Made by a program: the position numbers and the translations under genes. Shown here one piece after another: positions 20,865 to 30,677 of a stretch of DNA of 64,000 nucleotides. How positions within the stretch are numbered: the first letter of the stretch is position 1; each line of letters opens with the position of its first letter. This stretch comes from a bacterium (GTDB lineage: Bacteria > UBA8248), in assembly GCA_965213685.1 (NCBI GenBank), contig CBDBZY010000043.1, positions 64,001 to 128,000 of the forward strand, read 5' to 3'. The notes under the pieces are model-generated. The model worked only from the letters and a program-made list of their open reading frames with translations, was not told the DNA's origin and searched no databases.

Positions 20865-21746
20865 ATGAGCGACGCGATGCTGGCGGCGGGGTTCGCCCTG
20901 GGCACCGCGTCGATGTCCTCGGCCTTCAGCCTCATCGCGCGGCGGGGGCAGCGGCACGGGACGGCGATGACGGGCGTCGTCATCGGCCTGATCGTCAACG
21001 TCCCCTGGCTGGTCGCGCTCACGATTCTCTCCTGGGAGCCCGCCTACTGGCGCCCGGAGGCGTGGTTCTGGTTCTTCCTGTCGGGCATCACGGGCCCCTC
21101 GCTCGGCCGCGTGTTCATGTTCCGGGCGATACACCGCCTCGGGGTGTCGCGCGCGATTCCGCTCATGGCGGCGAATCCGCTTTTCTCGGCCGCCCTCGCC
21201 TACGTCTTCCTGGGGGAGCGGCCGGGGCCGTACGTGTGGGCGGGAATCCTCCTCGTCGTGTTCGGCTGCGCGGGAATCACCTGGCAACGCAAGAGCGACG
21301 TCCCCTGGGACAGGCGCGGCGTTTGGCTGCCCCTGGTGGCGGTGCTGGGATTCTCCACGTCCAACGTTTTCCGGAAAATCGGGATTGACGTCGTCCCCTC
21401 CGCGCTGCTGGGCATCACGCTCACGAGCCTGTTCGGCCTTGCGGCACTGGGCGCGCTCGTATGGTTCCTGCCGAGCGCCCAGCGCCCCTCCCTGCGGTGG
21501 GGACGCGCCTGGCACTTCTACGGACCCTGCGGGCTCATCAACACCCTGGCGTTCCTGAGCCATTTCGCCGCCCTGAAATACGGGTCCATCTCCGTCGTGT
21601 CGCCGCTTTCGTCCACGGCGCCCTTCTTCGCCCTCCTGTTCACCTGGATATTCCTGCGTGACATGGAGCGCATCACGCTCCCCATCCTGCTGGGGACGAT
21701 CTGCGTCGTGGCGGGAGGGGCGCTCATCGCCCTGCAGGCGATGTAG
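20865..21746 (+). CDS. EamA/DMT family transporter
   Basis: Two 5-TM repeats: GVSRAIPL...FLGER and GSISVVSPL...FLRDMERI. Confidence 0.88.
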   Translation: MSDAMLAAGFALGTASMSSAFSLIARRGQRHGTAMTGVVIGLIVNVPWLVALTILSWEPAYWRPEAWFWFFLSGITGPSLGRVFMFRAIHRLGVSRAIPLMAANPLFSAALAYVFLGERPGPYVWAGILLVVFGCAGITWQRKSDVPWDRRGVWLPLVAVLGFSTSNVFRKIGIDVVPSALLGITLTSLFGLAALGALVWFLPSAQRPSLRWGRAWHFYGPCGLINTLAFLSHFAALKYGSISVVSPLSSTAPFFALLFTWIFLRDMERITLPILLGTICVVAGGALIALQAM

Positions 21747-21790
21747 GCGGCCGCCTCCCCCTCCCCTCCGGCCTTTCCGCGCGTCCTGCG

Positions 21791-22336
21791 TCAGCCGGTC
21801 AGGAGCGCCCGGATTTCGGGAGCGACCTCGCGCGCGCGGGCGCGGAGCCCCTCATCCGTGAGGCTGCCCACCGGGTGGGGGATGTAGGCCACCGGGTAGC
21901 CCGGCATCCCGCGCACCCTGGAGACCATCTCGACCGTGGGCCGGAAGGGTTCGGTGCAAATCACGGCGGTGGGGACGCCCTTCTTCTCCAGCTCGATTCC
22001 ATCGTGCACACTGCACGACGAGCAGGAGCCTCAGTCGCCCACCGCGGTGATGGCGAGGTCGCACTTCTCCGCCATTTCCGCATATACCTCCGGTTTCGCC
22101 GGCCGGGTGTCGTATTCCTTGGAGAGTGCCACGGCGAGGTCGGGGTCCGCGCCGTCCGCCCGCAACTCCTCGAGCACGTAGCGCATGAGTCTGTCCGCCC
22201 CCACCTTGGAGTTCCAGAGCAGGCCGATGCGCTTGCCCGCGAGTGCGCCGTCGCGGTGCGGGCGGTCTTCGGCCTCGACCGCAGGCTCCACGGTCGGGTC
22301 GTAAATCGGAATTGCCGTATCCGTTGCGGGATTCAT
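21791..22336 (-). CDS. UGSC-family selenoprotein (in-frame UGA at 22031-22033)
   Basis: ORFs 22031..22336 and 21791..22009 are in one frame: ...AITAVGD-UGA-GSCSSCSVHDGIELEKKGVP...; a hairpin follows the UGA. Confidence 0.8.
22002..22018 (-). promoter_or_regulatory. Putative bacterial SECIS hairpin
   Basis: On the mRNA, UCGUGCA-GUG-UGCACGA begins 12 nt after the UGA; perfect 7-bp stem with a G-led loop. Confidence 0.55.
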
Positions 22337-22504
22337 CGCCCTCTCCCTCCTGTATGCCTATCCGGTCGAGATGGTTTCGGATGTTTCCGCCCGAACGACG
22401 GGCAACCGCCCGTCCCCCGCGGGAATTTCCGGCGCGCGCAGCCTGAAGTCCCCCGCGGCTGGGGCGGCCACATGGGGGAGGCGCGCATCCCGCCCGCGGC
22501 CTCC

Positions 22505-23542
22505 TCACATCCCCGCGCACCGCTCGGCCGCACTCCGCACCGGACGGGTGACGGCCTCGCCGTTTCGTCTCCTGCTCCAGGAGGGGACCCAGGAGGAGTG
22601 CCCGCCGGCCTCGCCGCCTGCGACGACGATGTGGATGTCGTCGGGCCGGAGTGCGTGGCGCACGTCGCCGTTCTCATCCGCCGCGACGGGCTTGTCGATC
22701 TTGCCGGTCCGCAGGAGCTGGCTCAAGGGGAGCGTCGCATTCTCGAAGAGGTATTCCTGCAGGGCTTTTCTCGTGGGGAACTCCTGGCCCAGCAGATGCG
22801 CGTGCTCGGGGGCGAAGACGAAGAAGGATTGTCCCTCGCTCATGCTGCCCAGGCCCGCCATCGTGGCGGCGGCGGTTTCCGCGATTCCCCGGCCCCGCCC
22901 GTAGTGGTTCTGGATGTTGTGCGGCCCCTCTGCGGCGAGGAGCGTCACCGCGCTCGTCTCCGCCGGATACCCCAGGGCGACGTGCAGCGGCTCCCACGGG
23001 CTGATTTCCTCCCACTCGGCGAAGGTGAAGCTGTACTTGCCCGGATTCCCCTGGGTGGAGCGATCCAGAAGCCCCGGCCTGGAGCCCAGGCAGTTGATGA
23101 GGATGAGCCGGATCGCGCGGCCTATCGTCGCGCCTGCGCGGTTGCCGGGCCCGTAGATGTTTCCCTCCATGTTGAGGCCAATCTCGTGGCGCGCCGGGCC
23201 GTTGACGACCATCAAGGGCGCCGCCCCTCCCGTGCTCGTGGCGCTCGAGTGCAGGTTGTAGGCCGGATCGGCCATGGCTTCCAGCCCCGCGATGAGCACC
23301 GGCATGTAGGAGGGCAAACACCCCGCCATGATGGCGTTGAGCGCCACCTTCTCGGCCCGGACGGTTCTTCTGCGCTCCGCCAGTTGGAAGACGACGTCGT
23401 CGGCGCCGAGCCCCGACGCCTCCAGGAAGCGCTCCACCAGCTCGGGCGTCGGGGGAATGACGGGCAGGCCGTCCGTCCAGCCTTTGGCGTGATAGACCTC
23501 TATCGCCTCGTATACGTCCATCGCTTCGCTCGCCGCGTCCAT
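22505..23542 (-). CDS. Conserved protein usually paired with UGSC proteins (GWTDGLPVIPPT family)
   Basis: GWTDGLPVIPPT, VALNAIMAGC, GNRAGATIGRAIRL and SPWEPLHV; co-oriented directly upstream of the UGSC gene. Confidence 0.75.
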   Translation of the reverse strand: MDAASEAMDVYEAIEVYHAKGWTDGLPVIPPTPELVERFLEASGLGADDVVFQLAERRRTVRAEKVALNAIMAGCLPSYMPVLIAGLEAMADPAYNLHSSATSTGGAAPLMVVNGPARHEIGLNMEGNIYGPGNRAGATIGRAIRLILINCLGSRPGLLDRSTQGNPGKYSFTFAEWEEISPWEPLHVALGYPAETSAVTLLAAEGPHNIQNHYGRGRGIAETAAATMAGLGSMSEGQSFFVFAPEHAHLLGQEFPTRKALQEYLFENATLPLSQLLRTGKIDKPVAADENGDVRHALRPDDIHIVVAGGEAGGHSSWVPSWSRRRNGEAVTRPVRSAAERCAGM

Positions 23543-23792
23543 GCGCGGGCCTCCTGCGTTCGGGGAGTTCGGCCTGTCTCCGCAGGATAGCCCACGGGGA
23601 TGGTTTTGAAAATGCGGATTTCCGGCCTCCCGCCGATCCTCCGCCCCGCGCGCGGGCCTCGCCCGCCGCTCCCCCCGCCATGCCCGGGACTCCGGCCTTC
23701 ATCGGCGAGGAGGGGTGCGATAGCATGCGTCCTGGAAATCGCATTCGTCCGCCGCCGGTGTGCGGCGCATCCGCACGGGGAGGCTCATCCGC

Positions 23793-24398
23793 ATGGATTT
23801 TGAGGAGGTTCGCGCCGTGAACGCCCACTTTCAGCCTTTCTACCCCTATGTGGCGGAAGAGATTCGCGCCGAATACGGAACGGACGCAGGTCAAGTCCTG
23901 GAAATGGGGCCCTACGGCCCGGGCGTGGCGCTCGCCCTGGCCGCGCGTTGCCCGGAGATGCGCTTCGTGTGCGGGGCCGAGACGGCGATTTTGAACGATT
24001 ACCTGGCGGAGAGGATAGAGGCGGCCGGCATGTCCGCGCGCGTTCGCGTGCGGCCGCTGGACAAATACCGCCTGCCGTTTGACGCGGCCTCTTTCGACCT
24101 CGTCGTTTTTCGGGGCGGGCTTTTCTTCTGGGACGAACAGGAGCGGATCATCGCCGAGATGCGCCGCGTCCTGAAACCCGGCGGGCTGGGCGCCCACGGC
24201 GGCGGTTTCGGCGCGGGCGCGCCGGATGCGCTCATCGAATCGCTGCTGCCCGAGGCGCGCGACCTCAACAACCGATTGGGCAAAAGGCGCCTCTCCCGCG
24301 CCCAGGCGGAGCGGATCGTCCAGGACGCCGGCATCGCCGCCACCGCCCGCATCGCGACGAGGCACGGCCTGTGGATCTACTGGCGGGAGGGGGAATGA
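23793..24398 (+). CDS. Class I SAM-dependent methyltransferase
   Basis: VLEMGPYGPG, LPFDAASFDLVVFRG and RVLKPGG. Confidence 0.82.
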   Translation: MDFEEVRAVNAHFQPFYPYVAEEIRAEYGTDAGQVLEMGPYGPGVALALAARCPEMRFVCGAETAILNDYLAERIEAAGMSARVRVRPLDKYRLPFDAASFDLVVFRGGLFFWDEQERIIAEMRRVLKPGGLGAHGGGFGAGAPDALIESLLPEARDLNNRLGKRRLSRAQAERIVQDAGIAATARIATRHGLWIYWREGE

Positions 24399-24464
24399 GA
24401 GGTGATTTCGCCCCGGGTGCGGCGCCTATCTCGCGTCGCTTGGACGCGCCTTTGCCGCTCGGGG

Positions 24465-25706
24465 CTATCTCCATCGTGCTCTCACATCGAATTCGATCAG
24501 TTCTTTCTTGGAGTTTCGTTTTCTAATCGGTACACACTCGATACCAGTAAATCCAAGTTGAGATAGCATTTCTGCGTACACTCGCTCGACAGGGACGAGA
24601 ATATTATAAAATGTTGAATTTCCAACAATATAATGAAGCCTTGCCCCATTGCTAAGCGTACCAGTTAGAGATTGAAAGTGTTTCCACATATCGTCGAAGT
24701 ATTTCAAAACATAGATTGCTAATATTGGTCCATTCTTGTTTCTATCCTCTCCGATTTGAGCCACTGCATTTTGCAAAAGTTTGGACTGAAAACTGTCTGC
24801 AGAAACTGACCATTCATTTAGTCTACTGGTAGCGATGCCCCAAGTTCCCCCGATTGCTTCCCAATCCATTTCTCCCGCGTCGCGACCGTTCGACAAGTAC
24901 TGAAGCCAATACATGTATGGACGGAGTTCGCGGATGTAAGACATTCTGTTCGCATACGGTGGAGAGGTAACAACACAATCAACCAAGCCGGTGTCTTTTT
25001 TCGACAGCTGGCGTGAGTCGGCTAGAACGACTTTTGTTTCACCGGTCGGGTTCTGCTCGGCTCCGTCAAGAACGAAGTTTAAGTTTCTAAGGAATAGGTC
25101 GTGCGGGTCAGCATCAAAGTTCAAAGCCGCTTGAGAATTTGATTTGAACGACATAGACTGGTGATTGAAAGCAGCATTGGATAGATTGATTAACGTCCGA
25201 CAGAACGCAACCGAAAGCAAGGAGTGATGTTTAGTTCCTTTGGGAAATCTGGTATCGATAGCTCCTTTCAAAGCGCAAAGAAAGTCAAGCACAGCAGGAT
25301 GCCACCATCGTCCGATGTTGTGCATACGCGGAATTAGGGCTTTTGGCATTCTTTCGTAATAAGCATCATCCGACACCGCATGGCTAGCCTTCTTCAGATC
25401 AGCAATCAACTGTTGAGAGTAAAAATCGGTCTTGACGCGGCTGAACCAAACTAAAAAAGGATTGATCTCCATCGTTACGGCGGTTTGGCCGTGGTAAGCC
25501 GCACAAAGAGCGGTTGTTCCAGTCCCACAGAAAGGATCAAAAACATTGAGTCTGGAGACGTCGTTATAGCCAGCCAGAATCTCGCTCACAACCTTGAGTG
25601 AGTACGCAGGAGTCAAACGAAGCCAGCCGTAGCGTCCGAATTTGGTGTTATGTTTTTGCGTGTAGTCCGCTCTTTGGGTCAGTGAGCGGCGCAACGTCTT
25701 AGTCAT
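24465..25706 (-). CDS. DNA methyltransferase, probably N4-cytosine, alpha motif order
   Basis: Motif I DPFCGTGTT precedes motif IV VTSPPY; markedly lower GC than the host. Confidence 0.88.
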   Translation of the reverse strand: MTKTLRRSLTQRADYTQKHNTKFGRYGWLRLTPAYSLKVVSEILAGYNDVSRLNVFDPFCGTGTTALCAAYHGQTAVTMEINPFLVWFSRVKTDFYSQQLIADLKKASHAVSDDAYYERMPKALIPRMHNIGRWWHPAVLDFLCALKGAIDTRFPKGTKHHSLLSVAFCRTLINLSNAAFNHQSMSFKSNSQAALNFDADPHDLFLRNLNFVLDGAEQNPTGETKVVLADSRQLSKKDTGLVDCVVTSPPYANRMSYIRELRPYMYWLQYLSNGRDAGEMDWEAIGGTWGIATSRLNEWSVSADSFQSKLLQNAVAQIGEDRNKNGPILAIYVLKYFDDMWKHFQSLTGTLSNGARLHYIVGNSTFYNILVPVERVYAEMLSQLGFTGIECVPIRKRNSKKELIEFDVRARWR

Positions 25707-26581
25707 TACGACGGCTCCAACAACTTTTCGAGTATGGTGCTCACTTCGTTCTTCAAGGTCTCTTGATTTCGATTTAAGAAACCCGCCAAGTCGTATCCGA
25801 TCACCTCCTTTAGAAAGTCATAGGTCGATAGCAGCGGATCGGATATGCCAATCACACCAGTTAGTATAGACCACTTCTGTGCTCTGTATCGTAGGAGAAT
25901 GTCTGAGTCGATCTGCGTCGAAAGTATTACTGCACAGGGTAAATAGGCCTTGGTGTAAGCTGTCGCAGCATTAGCGATATCGGCATTCTGCCGCTTAGAG
26001 TCTTTGCTCTTATAGCCTTGGCGTACCTCGAAAACGGTACCCTTTAAGGTTGAGAACACATCAGGATCGACATGGACGAGGTTTGCCGAGTCTTTCATCC
26101 ATTTATGAAAACGGTCGCGAGCGGACGCATCTTTGATTTTGTCTAATTGCACCCTCCCGTCGAGGTGCAATCTTCTGCTCCTGCCGCCCGCTACAGGTAC
26201 TTGGTATGACCACTTAGCGTCTTCCGCAGAAAGACCAAGACAATCCTGTAAGATAGTACGGAACAATTTCTCGCAACCAATCCCGATCTGCCTGTAAACG
26301 CTTGTCATGCCACCGGCTACTTTGTGAGCAGCATACATCCGCGGATTGTCAAGGCCAAACCAGCTATAAAACGAATCGTTTCGATAAATATCTTGAAATT
26401 CGCCCAATGACAAGCCACCTCTTTTATTCCCCCGTCCGAATTTGGGCTTGTATTCAGCTGATACCCGAATGGGTTCGAGTACAATCTGTAAGTATCTTTC
26501 TTCATCATCGGGCAAAGTTGGCCCCCTATCAATGTGTTCCAGTCCACGGAGTCGATAAATGGAGCGGGAACTCGAACTCAC
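25706..26581 (-). CDS. Putative type II restriction endonuclease
   Basis: Low-GC ORF coupled to the MTase (TAATG overlap); LHLDG...FEVRQGYK resembles a PD-(D/E)xK variant. Confidence 0.7.
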   Translation of the reverse strand: MSSSSRSIYRLRGLEHIDRGPTLPDDEERYLQIVLEPIRVSAEYKPKFGRGNKRGGLSLGEFQDIYRNDSFYSWFGLDNPRMYAAHKVAGGMTSVYRQIGIGCEKLFRTILQDCLGLSAEDAKWSYQVPVAGGRSRRLHLDGRVQLDKIKDASARDRFHKWMKDSANLVHVDPDVFSTLKGTVFEVRQGYKSKDSKRQNADIANAATAYTKAYLPCAVILSTQIDSDILLRYRAQKWSILTGVIGISDPLLSTYDFLKEVIGYDLAGFLNRNQETLKNEVSTILEKLLEPS

Positions 26582-26743
26582 GTTGTTTTTATTAGAGAAC
26601 GGCAGCGAACCGCAAACCCGGGGGGCTATACGGACAAAGGTTGTCCTCTTCGTTGACCACTTCCGCGTTGGGGTCTCACAGGCAGAGCGTCCCGAGGAGC
26701 GGTTTCCTGAGGCGCAGAATCCCGCCGCCGCCCGCCCCTCGTT

Positions 26744-27316
26744 TTATTCCCCGTCCCGGAGGAGGCTCGTTTTGGTGAAGATCGCGTCGAGTGCGAAGCC
26801 GCGCGCCGCGAGGTTCTCGCGTCCGCCCTCCTCGCGGTCCACGAGGCAGACGACGCGGGCGACTTCCAGCCCCGCTTGCCGGGCCGCGTCAATCGCCGTG
26901 CAGCTCGAGGAGGCGGTGGTCACCACGTCCTCGATGATGGCGACTTTCATTCCGCACCGCAGGTTTCCCGCGCCCTCGATGCGGTTTTGCATCCCGTGGC
27001 CCTTCTCTGCCTTTCGGACGATGAAGGCGGGAATGTCGAGGCCGGCGAGGGCCGCCGTCATCGAGACGGCGGTCACCATCGGGTCCGCACCCAGGGTGGG
27101 GCCGCCCACAGCCTCGACCCCGCTCTCCCGGATGCGCCCGAGGATCACCCGCCCCACCAGCCTCGCACCCTCGCCGTGCAGGGTGACCTGGCGGCAGTCC
27201 ACGTAAAAATCGCTCTCCTGGCCCGAGGCGAGCGTCACCTTTTTCTTCTCGTACGCTTTTTCGAGCAACAGCCGGCGCAGGGCTTCGACGTCCGCTTCAT
27301 CTTGGTTTCGGGTCAT
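26744..27316 (-). CDS. pyrE: Orotate phosphoribosyltransferase
   Basis: TLASGQESDFYVDCR, GGPTLGADP, IVRKAEKGHG and IIEDVVTT. Confidence 0.93.
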   Translation of the reverse strand: MTRNQDEADVEALRRLLLEKAYEKKKVTLASGQESDFYVDCRQVTLHGEGARLVGRVILGRIRESGVEAVGGPTLGADPMVTAVSMTAALAGLDIPAFIVRKAEKGHGMQNRIEGAGNLRCGMKVAIIEDVVTTASSSCTAIDAARQAGLEVARVVCLVDREEGGRENLAARGFALDAIFTKTSLLRDGE

Positions 27317-27616
27317 GGCACGGCCTTCGGGTGCGGGGGAGTCCGCCCGGGGGTCGCGCGCGCTCCCCTGGATGTGCCGACAGACGAGGAGCGCCGCCTC
27401 CTCGAAGGCCCCGGGCACCATGACGTGCACCGCGCCCAGGTGGGTTTGGCTGAAGCCATAGACGGCGCCCGCCGAATCGTAGCTCAGATGCGCCGGTATC
27501 CGCTCGGCCTCCAGCCTGCTCTTCAGGATGAGGGCTTCCATCTGCCCGCCCACCGTGGCGATCCGCCGCAGATCGGCCGGCCCCCGCACGCCCCCGGGCG
27601 AACTATCGCTCCACAA
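27313..27616 (-). CDS. DUF2007-like (PII-fold signal-transducing) small protein, read in frame with pyrE
   Basis: MEALILKSRLEAERIPAHL...LGAVHVMVP...EEA matches the DUF2007 pattern. Confidence 0.6.
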
Positions 27617-27786
27617 ATCTCCGCTCCTTCGGCAGGTTCGTCGCGTGCCGCGTGGATAGAACCGCCGCCCATGTTCGGGGAAATCCGGCGCCGGCGCAAG
27701 CAGGAGGCCATCCGCTCGCCCCGGTTGGTCTCCCGCGCCGTGGAGTGGTAGTTTGGGAGGGGAGCGAAGGGGAGGAGGAGAGGGGG

Positions 27787-28623
27787 TTGCGGCGGCGTCT
27801 GTTCTTCATGCTGGCGGCATCGTTCGGTGCGCTCATCCATCTGTGGGGCGAGGTTGCCGCCGCGCCCGCCCGCGAGGGGATTCCGCCGTCCCGCGCGCTC
27901 CGATCGGCGCGCCCCGCCGCTTCCGCCCCCTTTATCGTGGTGCTCGACCCGGGACACGGGGGCCGGGATTCGGGCAGCCGCGGCGCCCTGCTCGCCGAGA
28001 AGGATTTCACCCTGCGCGCGAGCCGGATGCTGGCGGCGCTCCTGTCGAGACGGCCCGAGGTGAAGGTGATCCTGACGCGGGAGACTGACGCGCAGATGAC
28101 CGCCGTGCAGCGCGCCGCCGTGGCGAACTATCACGGCGCCTCCCTGTTCCTCTCCCTCCATGCGGACGCCTCCTGGCGGCCCGGGGCGCGGGGGGCGGTC
28201 ATCCTGGTGGCGGCGCCCCGCCGCCCGCCTCGGGTGGAGGGGGAAGCGCCGGAGGCCGTCGCGCTCCGCTGGCAGCGCAGCCAGAACGTGCATCTGGCCT
28301 CGAACCGCCGCTTCGCCCTGGGGCTGCAAAGGCGCTTCGCCGCCATCCGTCCCCGGGAGAAGCCCCCCGTCCGCATTCTGGCCGTGCGGGATCTGGAGGG
28401 TGCGCGAATGCCCGCGGCGTATGTGAGCCTGGGCGTCATCAGCACGCCGGAGGATGAGGCGAGGCTCCGCGAGATGAAAGAGGAGGACGCCTACCTCGTC
28501 GGCGTCGCCCGGGAGATACTGCGGTTCGCCAATCTCCCCGAGGAGTTGCCGGCCGCGGCCCCCGCCGCATCGGAGGCCGCACCGGACGCGGAGAATCGCG
28601 AAGCCGCCGGCGAGGGAGGCTAG
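27787..28623 (+). CDS. N-acetylmuramoyl-L-alanine amidase (Amidase_3)
   Basis: Signal peptide; VVLDPGHGGRD, AEKD, ILTRETD and FLSLHAD; the catalytic Glu position reads Ser. Confidence 0.82.
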   Translation: MRRRLFFMLAASFGALIHLWGEVAAAPAREGIPPSRALRSARPAASAPFIVVLDPGHGGRDSGSRGALLAEKDFTLRASRMLAALLSRRPEVKVILTRETDAQMTAVQRAAVANYHGASLFLSLHADASWRPGARGAVILVAAPRRPPRVEGEAPEAVALRWQRSQNVHLASNRRFALGLQRRFAAIRPREKPPVRILAVRDLEGARMPAAYVSLGVISTPEDEARLREMKEEDAYLVGVAREILRFANLPEELPAAAPAASEAAPDAENREAAGEGG

Positions 28624-28629
28624 CGTGCT

Positions 28630-29301
28630 GTGAAGAGGGTGCTGGCCGCCGTCTTTCTCGTCCTGGCGAGCGCGGGCGTCGTCTGGATGTTTCAGGACGA
28701 CATTTTGGACCGAATGGGCGAGGGCCGCCGCGCCGCGTCCGTCCCCGCGCAGGGAGACCCCGCGATTGCGTCCACCGTGCGGAAGACCCTCTATTTCGCC
28801 AGCGCGGAGGAGGATTTGCTGGCGCCATACCCCGTGGAGGTGGAGGTCGGCGCGGATGACGTGGAAACCCTCCGCAACCTGCTGAAGGCGCTTCTGGCGG
28901 GACCCCGAGAGGAGGGTTACGCGCCGATTCTGCCGAAGGGCGCCACTCTGCGCGCGGCGTTTCCGGGACCCGGGGGAATCGCCTACGTCGATTTCGACAA
29001 GACCTTTCGGGACGCGCACCCCGGTGGTGCATGGGCGGAGTTGATGACCGCCTACGGCGTCGCCAGCGCCGTCATCCTGAATTTTCCGGACCTCTTTGAT
29101 CGCGTCGTGCTGCTCATAGAGGGCCAGGAGGCGCAGACCGTCGCAGGCTCCCTCGCCATCGCGGGACCGTTGCGCCTGCGGGAGGAATTGTTGACGGCGA
29201 AACAGGCCCCCCGCACCGGGGGCGGCCCGCCTGAGACCGCAGGGGCTGCGGGCGGCGGGACTGCGGGCGCTCCCGCCGGCGTGCCGAGGGATGCTCCCTA
29301 G
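28630..29301 (+). CDS. GerMN domain protein
   Basis: N-terminal TM; TLYFA, LKALLAGP, IAYVDF, HPGGAWAE and LLIEGQ. Confidence 0.82.
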   Translation: MKRVLAAVFLVLASAGVVWMFQDDILDRMGEGRRAASVPAQGDPAIASTVRKTLYFASAEEDLLAPYPVEVEVGADDVETLRNLLKALLAGPREEGYAPILPKGATLRAAFPGPGGIAYVDFDKTFRDAHPGGAWAELMTAYGVASAVILNFPDLFDRVVLLIEGQEAQTVAGSLAIAGPLRLREELLTAKQAPRTGGGPPETAGAAGGGTAGAPAGVPRDAP

Positions 29302-30677
29302 CCGGCGGCGCAGGCCTCGCGTATCGCCTCATCCAGGATGCGCACCATGCGGACGATCTCCTCGTCGGTCACGCAGTAGGGAGGCATGAGGACGACCACG
29401 TCGCCCAGGGGCCGGATGGCGAGGCCGCGCCTTCTCGCCGCGAGGATCACCCTCCGCCCCATGCGCTTCGCAGGCGGATAGGGCTCTTTCCGCTCCTTGT
29501 CCTTGACGAGCTCCACGCCCGCCATCCAGCCCAGGCCGCGGACGTCGCCCACGTGGGGCGCGCTCCTCAGCTTCTCCAGTGCGCGCCACAGATGCGCAAT
29601 CCGGGGGCCGTTGCGCTCGATGGTGTTTTCTTTCTCGAAAATCTCCAGGTTGGCCAGCGCGGCGGCGCAGCCCAGGGGGTTTCCCGTATAGGAGTGGCCG
29701 TGAAAGAAGGTGCGGCCCGCCTCGGGCGGGCCGCGGAAGGCGTCGAAAATCTCCTCGGTGGCCAGCGTCGCCGCCAGCGGCAGATAGCCGCCCGTGATCC
29801 CCTTGGCGAGGCATAGAATGTCCGGCGCCACGCCCGCGTGCTCGCAGGCGAACATCGGGCCCGTGCGCCCGAACCCCGTGGCGACCTCGTCGGCTATCAG
29901 GAGCACGTCGTTTTCCCGGCAGGCGCGCCGCACTTTCTGGAGAAAGCCGGGCGGCTGGACGATCATGCCCGCCGCCCCCTGCACCATCGGCTCCATCACC
30001 ACGGCGGCCAGATGCCGCGCATGCTCCTGGATGTAGCGCGTTATCTCCTCGCCCGAGCACACCGGACAGGGCGGACGCTCCGCCCCCCTCGGGCACCAGA
30101 AGCAATAGGGCGTCTCCGCCCGGAGGGTCTGGAAGAGCAGCGGCCCGAAGATGCCGTGGAACAGCTCCATGCCGCCGAGGGAGACCGCACCGACCGTGTC
30201 GCCGTGATAGGCGAGGCCCAGGGCGAGGAAGCGCTCTTTCCCGGGCCGGGGGTTCTCCCGCTGCCTCTGGTATTGAAAGGCCATCTTGAGGGCGATTTCC
30301 ACCGCCGCGGCACCTGAGTCCGAATAGAAGACGCGGGTCAGTCCCGCCGGCGCGATTTCGGCGAGCTTTCGCGCGAGCTCGATGGCCGCCGGGTTCGCCA
30401 TGCCCAGCTGGGTGGTATGCGCGATCCGCCCGAGCTGCGCGCGCACCGCCCGGTCGATCTCCTCTTTTCGGTGCCCGTGGACGTTCACCCACAGGGAGGA
30501 GACGCCGTCGAGATAGCGGTTGCCCTGCGTGTCGATGAGGTATGCGCCCTCGCCGCGCTCGATCACGAGCGGGGGGTCTTCGCTCTCCCATTCGTCCATG
30601 GGCGTGAAGGGGTGCCAGAGGTGCTTCCTGTCCGCGGCCGCCAGGCGGCGGAGGCGTTCGGCCGCGTCCGCCCTCAT
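29298..30677 (-). CDS. bioA: Adenosylmethionine--8-amino-7-oxononanoate transaminase
   Basis: LWHPFTPM, DGVSSLWVNVHGH, YHGDTVGA, DEVATGFGRTG, AKGITGGYLP and HGHSYTGNP. Confidence 0.95.
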   Translation of the reverse strand: MRADAAERLRRLAAADRKHLWHPFTPMDEWESEDPPLVIERGEGAYLIDTQGNRYLDGVSSLWVNVHGHRKEEIDRAVRAQLGRIAHTTQLGMANPAAIELARKLAEIAPAGLTRVFYSDSGAAAVEIALKMAFQYQRQRENPRPGKERFLALGLAYHGDTVGAVSLGGMELFHGIFGPLLFQTLRAETPYCFWCPRGAERPPCPVCSGEEITRYIQEHARHLAAVVMEPMVQGAAGMIVQPPGFLQKVRRACRENDVLLIADEVATGFGRTGPMFACEHAGVAPDILCLAKGITGGYLPLAATLATEEIFDAFRGPPEAGRTFFHGHSYTGNPLGCAAALANLEIFEKENTIERNGPRIAHLWRALEKLRSAPHVGDVRGLGWMAGVELVKDKERKEPYPPAKRMGRRVILAARRRGLAIRPLGDVVVLMPPYCVTDEEIVRMVRILDEAIREACAAG

